The notes beneath the pieces are model-generated. The model saw nothing but the letters and a program-made list of their open reading frames with translations, was not told the origin of the DNA and did not search any database. Below are positions 27,460-36,752 of a stretch of 64,000 nucleotides of DNA, piece by piece (position 1 is the stretch's first letter; each line of letters opens with the position of its first letter). The stretch is from the IMG/VR virus record IMGVR_UViG_3300042519_004024, positions 149,925-213,924 of that record. One strand, 5' to 3'. The position numbers were made by a program, and so were the translations under genes.

Positions 27460-30400
27460 TTATACATCATCAAAAGATGCTCCTGTTGGTGTAATAACGA
27501 ATTCGATATCAATGTATTCTAATGCTCTTGTAGGTTTTAAGAAAATTTTACCTGTTAAAGTATTTGAATCCAAATCTTCAGGAGTGTTTGATACTGTCAC
27601 ACGGAAATCTATCAAACCTCTATCTCTTCTGATTCCATCTAATATTGGGTTAACTGAATCCAAGAAGTCTTGTCTTACTTTGTTATCGTTTTGTTCGAAT
27701 AGTAATCTAATAGCCACTGCTGAAATCAACTTACGTGCTTGTAGTAACAATCTTCTAACGTTAATTCTATCAAGTGCAGACTCTCTAATTTGTAAAGTTT
27801 TGTTACCCCAAATCACTGTACCAACATCAGAGAAAGTTGCGATTGGGTTAATTCTACCTTTATAAAGTGTGTCTCTATCGTCTTGTGTCAATTTACGTCT
27901 TGCTCTAATTGCGTTTACCAAACCTCTTGTGTAACCTGCAGATGCGAACCAAGGGAATGCGATATTGTCTGTCAAAGCTAAGTTCTTAACAACTTCAGAA
28001 GTTGGTGGAATGTATATTTGTGTATTGTTAACCGAATCTCTTGTTAAAATCCAAGGGTAATAAGTGGCGGTATAGTTAGAGTCTATTCCTGTTGCTTCTA
28101 AGTTATCTACCGTCTGTTGAGGGAAAATTAACCCTTCCTCAATATCGTTATATGTTGGTAAAAACAAATCAAAGTCAGGTGTAGTACAGATATAAATAGA
28201 GTCCGCTCTATCAGTTTCAATCATATCAATAGCGTCCTCAACAAGATTTGAGTTATTAACATAATCAATACCAGGTGTTGCAAATACATTTATGTTTGTT
28301 GCTTCAGGGTTAGCAAAAGTACTTTGTCCCCATTTGTATGCGTAAAAGTCAGTATTTGCCCAATTTTCTTGGTTTGGTCCTGAAATCGCTTTAAATGCTC
28401 CCCAACCCGTTGCGGTAGGATAAGTTATACTTGCTTCTGCACCATATTTAAATCCTGTTTGTCCTAATGCGAATGAATCTGAATTTGTTCTATATTCTCT
28501 ATATATGTCCCATCCATCAAAACCACCATAAGCCATTACCGTAAATTTACGAGTATTAAGTCTATAATATGGACTTGAACTATCTGTAGGTTCAGAGTTA
28601 AATGACCCGGCACCTACTTCAAACGCCGACTGTCCTGATGTTACATAACCATTTGCGATTGTTACAACAGTTGCTCCGCTATCCATGTGGAAACCTTTTG
28701 TTAAATAACCCCAAGCCATACCTGTGGTATCAGTACCTAAATTTGCAGGTAACTGCTTTCCTTTGTATTCAAAGAAATCGTAATCAATTCCTGATATATT
28801 AGAAATACCTAAGTATGCCTTTCTTGGATTTTCACCACTTGAAATAACAGGGTTGTCACCTCCGTTAGATGAACCAAAAGGTGGGTTATACACAACGTCA
28901 CCAGGTTTGAAATATTTAGTTTTATATACTAAGAATGGTGGTGTTGCATTTGCGTATTCTCTTGAGATAAATCCTTCAAAACCACAAGGTAGTGCGTCTA
29001 TCGGGGCTTCATCACTCATTTCTAACATTACGTATTTAGACTTAACTTGGTATTCTCCGTTTGATGTTCCTATCTTATTTGCTACGTAATTATTTTGACT
29101 TGGGTCTAATGAACAATTAGTGAAACTTTCAATAACTCTTGGGTTTTGATCGGTATCATAAAAATCTCTAATAAATACGTCAAACGTACTACTATTAAAT
29201 GATATATTACCTATAGACATTTTTACAAGTCTATTAGCTGCGTTACCGTCAGAAATTAAAACAAACTTAAATAATTTATAAACTTTATTACCTCTAAGTT
29301 CTGAAACTAAATACGGTGTTTCAGGTGTTTGATATTGTTCTAAATAGAAACCTATTGAGTCGGTATCTAATGATCTCGCTCCTGGTAATTCGATAATATC
29401 ACAGTCTAATCCTCTAATTCTACCTAATCTATATCCACTTGTTAACAAACTAGTATACGTCTCCTCGACAAATAAAGGAACCTCATTTCTGTCTTTACCA
29501 AAATTACTTCTACCAAATACTTTAGAAATAAAGTTCTTATCAGTAGATAACATTGATGTTTGGAATTCAAAATTGTCCCCGTCATAGGTTACCCCTGAAA
29601 TAAGGAATGGTGAGTATGGGTTTTTAGTAACCGCAGAATAAGAACCTGTACAAATCATTTGTACATCAGTTGTACCCGTTACTTCATAATTCGGTCCTGC
29701 TTGTGTTGCACTGTAGTTAGATATACCTCTTGATCTTAAAGTTGCAACAACTAAATCATCATAATCTAAATAAGGCGTACCTGAATAGTTTGTGTTGTAA
29801 AAAACACAAGAACCTGAGAAATTACCTCCTGATCCCGATAGTGTGTTTACCGCGGCACCAAAACCTTGTCCGTAATAACTACTTACATCGTTTACTTGTG
29901 AGTAATTAAACAATGCGTAATACCAAGCATCGTTAGTAGATGCTGATAAGTTAGCCAAAGATAGATTAACATTATTAACCCCAAAGTTTTCAGTGTATGC
30001 AGTAATAGTACCCGTACCATTAAGTGTTGTACCCGTTACTAAGTTAAATGTTCCTGCACTAACAGTACCCCAAAAGACTGCCGATGAACCTGAAGAAGGT
30101 GAGCCAACGGCAAATAAATTTACTTGGTTTGATATATAAGTTCTTAAATCTTGATCAATAGTTGATGTACCACCATTAAATTCAGTATATGTATTATAAA
30201 AATTATTATTTACATTAATAATACCAGGGACTGACATATTATATGCAATATTTGAACTTGTTCCTGTTGTTCCTGTAAATGTTAATACTGTGGATGATAC
30301 TCCTGTTGCTGCGATTGTTGCCGGATTAACGTTACCTATTGTCGTTATTGACCAAGAAGGTCCTGCGTCATATCCTGATAAACCAAGAACTCTTGTAACA

Positions 30401-30675
30401 AATAATTGATTCGATTGTTGCAAATATGCCTTTGTAATATACGCTAATTCATATTTAGGTATTTGTGTATTAACAAATTTTTCAGGACTAGTTCCTCCAA
30501 AATATACTTGGAACTCGTCAAAATTAGTTATGAATATTGGTTCAAACGCCGGACCCTGAAGAGTTTCTCCAGCCAAACCTAAAGTTGTTACACCTACACT
30601 TTGTGCAACAAAAGTTAAATCTCTTTCTGACGTATAAACCCCAGGTGAAACGAAAACTTTGTTTGATGATGCCAT
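27460..30675 (-). CDS. Contractile tail sheath (gp18-like), enlarged to 1071 aa
   Basis: FVSPGVYTSERD; PWFASAGYTRG; LYKGRINPI; WGNKTLQ..SALDRINVRRLL; KPTRALEYIDIEF. Confidence 0.95.
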   Translation of the reverse strand: MASSNKVFVSPGVYTSERDLTFVAQSVGVTTLGLAGETLQGPAFEPIFITNFDEFQVYFGGTSPEKFVNTQIPKYELAYITKAYLQQSNQLFVTRVLGLSGYDAGPSWSITTIGNVNPATIAATGVSSTVLTFTGTTGTSSNIAYNMSVPGIINVNNNFYNTYTEFNGGTSTIDQDLRTYISNQVNLFAVGSPSSGSSAVFWGTVSAGTFNLVTGTTLNGTGTITAYTENFGVNNVNLSLANLSASTNDAWYYALFNYSQVNDVSSYYGQGFGAAVNTLSGSGGNFSGSCVFYNTNYSGTPYLDYDDLVVATLRSRGISNYSATQAGPNYEVTGTTDVQMICTGSYSAVTKNPYSPFLISGVTYDGDNFEFQTSMLSTDKNFISKVFGRSNFGKDRNEVPLFVEETYTSLLTSGYRLGRIRGLDCDIIELPGARSLDTDSIGFYLEQYQTPETPYLVSELRGNKVYKLFKFVLISDGNAANRLVKMSIGNISFNSSTFDVFIRDFYDTDQNPRVIESFTNCSLDPSQNNYVANKIGTSNGEYQVKSKYVMLEMSDEAPIDALPCGFEGFISREYANATPPFLVYKTKYFKPGDVVYNPPFGSSNGGDNPVISSGENPRKAYLGISNISGIDYDFFEYKGKQLPANLGTDTTGMAWGYLTKGFHMDSGATVVTIANGYVTSGQSAFEVGAGSFNSEPTDSSSPYYRLNTRKFTVMAYGGFDGWDIYREYRTNSDSFALGQTGFKYGAEASITYPTATGWGAFKAISGPNQENWANTDFYAYKWGQSTFANPEATNINVFATPGIDYVNNSNLVEDAIDMIETDRADSIYICTTPDFDLFLPTYNDIEEGLIFPQQTVDNLEATGIDSNYTATYYPWILTRDSVNNTQIYIPPTSEVVKNLALTDNIAFPWFASAGYTRGLVNAIRARRKLTQDDRDTLYKGRINPIATFSDVGTVIWGNKTLQIRESALDRINVRRLLLQARKLISAVAIRLLFEQNDNKVRQDFLDSVNPILDGIRRDRGLIDFRVTVSNTPEDLDSNTLTGKIFLKPTRALEYIDIEFVITPTGASFDDV

Positions 30676-30762
30676 TTTTTTCTGTATTTTTTATTTATGG
30701 TTTTATTTTTTTATATAAATACCTTGAAAAAAACCAAAAAACTTTACATTTAAATAATATTT

Positions 30763-30807
30763 ATTATGTGGTGAGAAAAAATTCTGCCTTTTTTCTACCC
30801 ACATAAT
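30763..30807. promoter_or_regulatory. Long imperfect palindrome (candidate operator) between sheath and RHH genes
   Basis: ATTATGTGG-TG-AGAAAAAA-TTCTGCC-TTTTTTCT-AC-CCACATAAT; 17 of 19 positions pair. Confidence 0.6.
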
Positions 30808-30816
30808 TTATTAAAA

Positions 30817-30972
30817 ATGAAAAAGATAAAAAACATAAAAATATCAGTAGAAACACACCAAATCCTAAAAAACTATTGTGATGACAATAATTTAAAGATG
30901 TATAAATTTTTAGAATCTTTAATTAAAAAAAATTGTGAAAAGAAAAAGGATATATATGGTGATGCTATTTAA
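30817..30972 (+). CDS. Unannotated 51-aa ribbon-helix-helix-like DNA-binding protein
   Basis: MKKIKNIKISVETHQILKNYCDDNNLKMYKFLESLIKKNC...; beta-strand (KNIKIS) plus two helices, CopG/Arc-like pattern. Confidence 0.75.
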   Translation: MKKIKNIKISVETHQILKNYCDDNNLKMYKFLESLIKKNCEKKKDIYGDAI

Positions 30973-32198
30973 ACTAAGTACGCTACCGTTTTTATTGATG
31001 ATGTTTTTGTGATATCATCTTTATACGCCTGTATTAATAATGTATCCCCATCATTAATTTGTATCACATCTAAGTCATCACCAACATAGTTACCATTGAT
31101 ATAAACTGAGTACCCCGATGCGCATGACGAACCTTGAGTTAATGTTCCTCCAGTAACGCCACTAAAATTAGGTACTGTTCCTCCTTTAACACATATTGTG
31201 TTTGAGTTTCCTGAGTTTAAAGATAATGTTATTGTATTTCCTGAACAATTGGTGTATGTTAAATTAGTATTTGTTATTGCACTATATGTTGTGTTATAAC
31301 AATTAATTAAATTTTCTTGTCCTGTAACTTTTAAATCTGCAGTGTATCTAAATACTTCACTTAACTGAGTTACACCACTTAAAAAAGTGATGTCCAAGTC
31401 AAAAAAGTTAGGTTTTGGTGGATTATTAATTACTTTTTTACCTCTTACTTTAGTGTCTACTTCAAACATAGTCACTTGTCTTGAAATTGCGGGTGATATT
31501 TGGAACTCTTCTTCATCAATTAATAATCCTTTCATTGTGAATTTATAATTCGCTATATAGTATTTTCTTTTTTCTAAGTCTTTAGCCGATTCATCCGAAA
31601 CGTCATCTAATATAATTGGTATGTAATGTCCTTTAATTTGTTGGTACGCCTGTTTCGATGTGAATGTTTGCATAACAATTTTATTAAATTGATTGATTTC
31701 TCTCATTCTATTACAGAACAATTTAACGTTATAAGTTATGTCAACGGGAATTGGTTGTGGTATTTTATAAACATCAGCCCCCTTTCTTTGTCCATCCCAA
31801 GTGGGTACGGTATAGTAAAAAAACTGTCTTCTATTTGGTATGTTAGCCGCTCCACCTTGGAATGTCCCATATTTTACTTCGGGCATTCTTACTGTAGCAA
31901 TAAACGGTAAAGAAATGTTTTTATCTAAATCTTGAAAATTCCAAGTCTCAACAAATTGACTCCAATTCTGATTGGTTATTATCTTATCAATTGTTGGAAC
32001 ATTTTTTTCACTAACAACTAGCTTTAATCTATCCTTTACAAAGTCTATCATTCCAAGATCCAAATCTTCATGTAAAACTCCTTTAGGTAAAAAAGTGCCG
32101 TCATCGGTAATATCATCAAGCATTTGTTGTCTTCTTTCCCTACCAACTTTTTCAGGAATTAAAGGTAAATGTTTTTTTATTTTTTTTGGTAACGCCAT
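30969..32198 (-). CDS. Tail completion/terminator protein (gp15-like) with C-terminal extension
   Basis: LPFIATVR, IPQPIPVDITYNVKLFC..MREINQF; adjacent to sheath and head-closure genes. Confidence 0.65.
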   Translation of the reverse strand: MALPKKIKKHLPLIPEKVGRERRQQMLDDITDDGTFLPKGVLHEDLDLGMIDFVKDRLKLVVSEKNVPTIDKIITNQNWSQFVETWNFQDLDKNISLPFIATVRMPEVKYGTFQGGAANIPNRRQFFYYTVPTWDGQRKGADVYKIPQPIPVDITYNVKLFCNRMREINQFNKIVMQTFTSKQAYQQIKGHYIPIILDDVSDESAKDLEKRKYYIANYKFTMKGLLIDEEEFQISPAISRQVTMFEVDTKVRGKKVINNPPKPNFFDLDITFLSGVTQLSEVFRYTADLKVTGQENLINCYNTTYSAITNTNLTYTNCSGNTITLSLNSGNSNTICVKGGTVPNFSGVTGGTLTQGSSCASGYSVYINGNYVGDDLDVIQINDGDTLLIQAYKDDITKTSSIKTVAYLV

Positions 32199-32200
32199 TA

Positions 32201-32716
32201 TTATATTCCTTTAAATTCGTTATCATTAACAGGAGCTCCTATTATTGAACGATAAAATGGTTTGTAACCACCATAAGTATGTTTATTATCTGATAGTACA
32301 CGACCATCATTTACTACTGAATAATATCTAACCCTCGTTTCCGTTTCGTAATACCCTATGTAATCACCATAGTTAATATCAACACCTAAATTATCCAATT
32401 CTTTTTGGTAAACACCAACCTTAACATTACCAGGCTCTGTTTGTGATAATTTTGATGATCCGTAATCCGCATTTGTAGGAGCCTCTACCTGAACATATCC
32501 TTTAAATTCTACCGGAGGTAAGAATTGTATTGCATTCTCTAACGCTTCCCCATAAACATCGTCATTATTTGTTCGTTGTCTATCAACTCTGTATAAAACT
32601 AAAGTAAAATTCATATCTCCACCAAGCCATTCCTCACCCATAGAAATGTCTAAGTCAAAATCTTCTTCAGAGAAGAATTTGTTTAATCTAGTAATTGGAA
32701 CTTTATTTTGTGTCAT
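32201..32716 (-). CDS. Head closure / neck protein (gp14-like)
   Basis: LYRVD...DDVYGEA....FLPPVEF; position next to gp15-like gene. Confidence 0.6.
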   Translation of the reverse strand: MTQNKVPITRLNKFFSEEDFDLDISMGEEWLGGDMNFTLVLYRVDRQRTNNDDVYGEALENAIQFLPPVEFKGYVQVEAPTNADYGSSKLSQTEPGNVKVGVYQKELDNLGVDINYGDYIGYYETETRVRYYSVVNDGRVLSDNKHTYGGYKPFYRSIIGAPVNDNEFKGI

Positions 32717-32775
32717 ATAATATAAATACTTTGATTGATTTTTTATTAATATTTACTATTTTTATTTATAATATA

Positions 32776-34539
32776 ATGGAAGAATTAATTTCAAAAACTC
32801 CCGAAACAAGGGCTCTTCAACTATTAGACGAATATGAAGGGTCAAATAACTATATCCTGTCGTTAAAACACAAAAAACAAAATAGTAAATCATTTACTCC
32901 CACAAGATCACAAGCAGAATACATAATCAACTTTCATGGAAGAACCCCAAAAGTGGCAAAAAAATGGGTAAAGCTGGATGCTTACTTTGGAAAAAAGATG
33001 ATGGAAGATAAAATGTACACAAAAGAACCATCAGAAATTTACGTTGAGAAGTTGTTGGTTGAAAAAGATAAATCATATCATATTTGGGGTAAAATATTTT
33101 CAGGTGATACTATACACGATTTCTGGGTTCCTAAATCTGCCCTTATTAAAGATAACGAAGTAAAAAATGTCGTTATTGAATACTCAAAGTATGATCATAG
33201 ATCACCTATGGAACACCAAAAAGAGGCTATCGAAAAACTTGTAAGAAACAAAAAGTTTATTTTGGCTGATGATATGGGACTTGGAAAAACTACATCAACA
33301 ATTATTTCTGCATTAGAGACGGGAGCAAAAAAAATATTAATTGTTTGTCCAGCATCTTTAAAAATAAATTGGCAACGTGAAATTGAAAATTATTCAGACA
33401 GAACCATTTATATTGCAGAAGGTAAAAAATTTTCAAGTGAACACGATTTTGTAATAATTAATTATGATATTTTAAAAAACTTTCACGACCCAAAAAAGAA
33501 AGACGAATCCATCATTTTAAATTCTAAATTTGATTTAGTTATTATGGATGAAGCCCATATGATATCAAACCCACAAGCACAAAGAACAAAAATAGTTAAT
33601 GACTTATGTGATAAGGTTGAAAGGGTTTGGTTACTAACAGGAACTCCGATGACATCAAGACCAATGAATTATTATAATCTTTTAAGTTTAGTTGAAAGCC
33701 CCGTTGCGGCAAATTGGATGGCTTACGCAAGAAGGTACTGTAACGGATTTCAATTTAGTGTAGGTAAAAGAAAAGTATGGAACGTAACAGGGGCATCTAA
33801 CTTAGATGAGTTGAGAGAACGAACACAATCTCACATTTTAAGAAGATTAAAAGAAGATGTTTTAGATTTACCTGATAAAATTATCACACCTGTTTATTTG
33901 AGACTAAAGTCTAAGGACTACGAAGAACTTATGGGTGAGTATTTTAATTGGTATGATAATAACTCAGAAGAGTCTTCATCTTTAACTATTCAGTTTGGTA
34001 AATTAATGAAAGTTAGAAAAGTAATTGCTGAAGAAAAAGTAAAAAATACAATTGAATTGGCTGAAAATATTATTGAACAAGGAAAAAAAGTTATCATATT
34101 TACAAATTTTACTGACACCTTAAGAACCATTTATGAACATTTTGGAAAACAGGCGGTATATTTAGACGGTAGTTGTTCAAAACCTCATAGACAAAAAGCA
34201 GTGGACGATTTTCAAGAAAACGATAAAATAAAAGTTTTTGTTGGTAATTTAAAGGCTGCGGGTGTGGGTATTACTTTAACATCTGCAGAAGCAGTAATCA
34301 TGAATGATTTATCATTTGTTCCTGCAGAACATGCACAAGCAGAGGATCGATCACACAGAATCGGACAGAAAAAATCAACGTCAGTTTATTATCCATTATT
34401 TGAAAACACAATAGAAGGTGCAATTTATGATATTTTAAATAGAAAGAAAAAAATCATATCAACAGTAATGGGAGATGATATGATGGACGACGCATCTTCA
34501 ATTGAAGAAATGTTAAATATGATTTCTAATAAGAGGTGA
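32776..34539 (+). CDS. SNF2-family helicase (SMARCAL1/HARP-like)
   Basis: LADDMGLGKT, VCPASLKINW, DEAH, LTGTP, GVGITLT, QAEDRSHRIGQ; likely ATG at 32776 rather than 32695. Confidence 0.92.
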   Translation: MEELISKTPETRALQLLDEYEGSNNYILSLKHKKQNSKSFTPTRSQAEYIINFHGRTPKVAKKWVKLDAYFGKKMMEDKMYTKEPSEIYVEKLLVEKDKSYHIWGKIFSGDTIHDFWVPKSALIKDNEVKNVVIEYSKYDHRSPMEHQKEAIEKLVRNKKFILADDMGLGKTTSTIISALETGAKKILIVCPASLKINWQREIENYSDRTIYIAEGKKFSSEHDFVIINYDILKNFHDPKKKDESIILNSKFDLVIMDEAHMISNPQAQRTKIVNDLCDKVERVWLLTGTPMTSRPMNYYNLLSLVESPVAANWMAYARRYCNGFQFSVGKRKVWNVTGASNLDELRERTQSHILRRLKEDVLDLPDKIITPVYLRLKSKDYEELMGEYFNWYDNNSEESSSLTIQFGKLMKVRKVIAEEKVKNTIELAENIIEQGKKVIIFTNFTDTLRTIYEHFGKQAVYLDGSCSKPHRQKAVDDFQENDKIKVFVGNLKAAGVGITLTSAEAVIMNDLSFVPAEHAQAEDRSHRIGQKKSTSVYYPLFENTIEGAIYDILNRKKKIISTVMGDDMMDDASSIEEMLNMISNKR

Positions 34540-34550
34540 TATTTATAGTT

Positions 34551-35270
34551 ATGATATTTAAAAACTTTAATCAAAAAATAACCCTTTTAGAAACAAAATT
34601 AAAAACACATTCGTTTTCAAATGAATTGTTAATTACTGAAATTAAAAAAATTTCAATAGAAAAATTACCTTATGAGTTTGATGATTTAGATATGTTTATT
34701 GACGGTGAAACTATGAGAACTCACTATAATAAACATTACAAAGGTTACGTTGAAAAATTAAATTCTGAATTAGAAAAAATAAAAGGTAAAGATTTAGATT
34801 TAGAAGAGATTGTAAGTAGTATCACAAAATTTAACACGAAAGTTAGAAATAACGGTGGTGGAGCATTTAACCACGCACTATTTTGGAAAATGTTAACACC
34901 TAAAAAAACAAAATTAGAAAATCCTTTATTATATAAAATAGAATCAACATTTGGTTCATTTGAAAAATTTAAACAAAAATTTGAAGAGGAAGCAAAATCA
35001 AGATTCGGTTCTGGTTGGGTTTGGTTAGTAATTACTAAAGCAAATAGATTAAAAATTATAACCACCGCAAATCAAGATAATCCATTAATGTTAAAAGGTA
35101 GTAATAAAGCGTACCCACTATTAGGATTGGATTTATGGGAACATGCATATTATTTAAAATATAAAAACGAAAGAGATAGATACATCCATAATTTTTGGAA
35201 AGTAGTTAATTGGGATTTTGTTTCCGATTTATATTCAACACAAGTAAAATTAAATAAAGTTAATCAGTAA
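34551..35270 (+). CDS. sodA: Fe/Mn superoxide dismutase (Mn-type signature) with ~30-aa N-terminal extension
   Basis: KLPY, HYNKHYKGY, NNGGGAFNH, FGSGWVWL, NQDNP, DLWEHAYY; ATG 34551 lies 3 nt after TATTTATA. Confidence 0.9.
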   Translation: MIFKNFNQKITLLETKLKTHSFSNELLITEIKKISIEKLPYEFDDLDMFIDGETMRTHYNKHYKGYVEKLNSELEKIKGKDLDLEEIVSSITKFNTKVRNNGGGAFNHALFWKMLTPKKTKLENPLLYKIESTFGSFEKFKQKFEEEAKSRFGSGWVWLVITKANRLKIITTANQDNPLMLKGSNKAYPLLGLDLWEHAYYLKYKNERDRYIHNFWKVVNWDFVSDLYSTQVKLNKVNQ

Positions 35271-35293
35271 GATATTTATATAAAAAATATCAT

Positions 35294-36415
35294 ATGTCAA
35301 CTACTGTTATTATCACAGAACCAGAAAGAAGTAAAATGTACAAAAGAATTAGAAATCTTTTGGGCGCACCTTTACGTGGTGTAGAATTGGAGGATGAAAT
35401 GATGGATTCATTATTAGAACTCTCAATAGAAGACTACGAACAAGCGGTTCAAGATTGGTTAATTGAGTCACAATGGGCTTCAGTTGCCGGATTAAATGTT
35501 GAAGAACAATCTATTGCTAGAGCACTCACAACAAGAGATATGAATTGGGAGACTCAGTATACTTACGCTTACTCAAAAATTGTTGGGTTACAAGCTGGTG
35601 GTGATTGGGTTTTAAAAAAAGATTATATCGACTTAGTACCTAATCAACAAATCTACGAAATACCAAAATGTAGAGAAATGAATGAACTACTTTGGTTTGC
35701 GAGATCAGAATTAGATGCTGCGTATTTCGATCCTTTTATGGGTGGATTTGGTGGATTTGGTGGTATTGGTTTAGGTGGTGGTGCTGGATTTTCACAAATG
35801 GGTACTACAGGTAACTATGCTATTACACCGGCGTTTGACATTCTTTTAAGAATGGCTGACATACAATTAAAAAGAAGAGTGATAACGGGTGATTTAACAT
35901 ATAGAGTTACTGCACTTCCTGATGGTAAAAAGGCGTTACACCTATACAATGTACCTGGCGGTAAGTTTGATTTTGGTAATTTAAAAAGAAATGAATCAAG
36001 AGTTTGGTATTGGTATTACGATACTTGTGATAGGGAGGATTGTTTAGCAAATAATCCAGATGTGATAAGACTACCATCTGATGTTACAGTTGAAAGACTT
36101 AGATGGGATAAGTTGAACTATCCTGCACAAACATGGGTAAGAAGATGGTTCACGGCATACTGTAAAGAAACATTAGCGAGAGTTAGAGGTAAATTTAGCG
36201 GTAATTTAAAAACCCCCGATTCTGAATTAACTTTAGAATATCAATCTTTACAAACTGAAGCTAAAGACGAAAAAACGCAACTTCAAGAAGAACTTAAAAC
36301 AAGACTTGAAAGATTAAGACCTGAAAAACTTATGGAAGCGAAAGCGATGCAGGCTGAGAATTTAAATAAATTATTAAAATTCAGAGCGTTTAATAGTCCT
36401 TATAATGTAATTTAA
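35294..36415 (+). CDS. Neck / head-tail adaptor protein (gp13-like)
   Basis: RNLLGAPLRGVELEDEMMD..LE; WVRRWFTAYCKETLARVRGKF. Confidence 0.8.
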   Translation: MSTTVIITEPERSKMYKRIRNLLGAPLRGVELEDEMMDSLLELSIEDYEQAVQDWLIESQWASVAGLNVEEQSIARALTTRDMNWETQYTYAYSKIVGLQAGGDWVLKKDYIDLVPNQQIYEIPKCREMNELLWFARSELDAAYFDPFMGGFGGFGGIGLGGGAGFSQMGTTGNYAITPAFDILLRMADIQLKRRVITGDLTYRVTALPDGKKALHLYNVPGGKFDFGNLKRNESRVWYWYYDTCDREDCLANNPDVIRLPSDVTVERLRWDKLNYPAQTWVRRWFTAYCKETLARVRGKFSGNLKTPDSELTLEYQSLQTEAKDEKTQLQEELKTRLERLRPEKLMEAKAMQAENLNKLLKFRAFNSPYNVI

Positions 36416-36419
36416 TTTT

Positions 36420-36752
36420 ATGGCAATATTTAGAAGTCAACCATCAAAAAGAATAATAAATGGAAATGAAATAATAACTTCAGACTCATCAGTTGTGACT
36501 AATCAAAAGTACACAACTGATGGTGAATATGTAATTGTTATTAAAGATGTTGAGTTTTGTGAACTAACATTAGATGAAAATAAAACCGATCACGTCGTAG
36601 TAAAATCTTTAACTCACGTTTTAGTTAAAACAGATAAACTAATCGATGATGAATACAATGAAGTAGAACTAGGTAAGGGTTCTTGTGTTGAATTTAAATT
36701 TATTGGCGGTAGATGGTATATACTATCATCTGATGGTTTAAAAAATTCTTAA
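36420..36752 (+). CDS. Hypothetical beta-rich protein, possibly structural
   Basis: Ends VELGKGSCVEFKFIGGRWYILS, resembling fibre C-terminal modules. Confidence 0.55.
   Translation: MAIFRSQPSKRIINGNEIITSDSSVVTNQKYTTDGEYVIVIKDVEFCELTLDENKTDHVVVKSLTHVLVKTDKLIDDEYNEVELGKGSCVEFKFIGGRWYILSSDGLKNS

Noticed and set aside
30537-30806. 89-aa plus-strand ORF at the sheath start
   Set aside because: Overlaps the sheath antisense and its promoter region; the credible plus-strand gene is the RHH ORF at 30817
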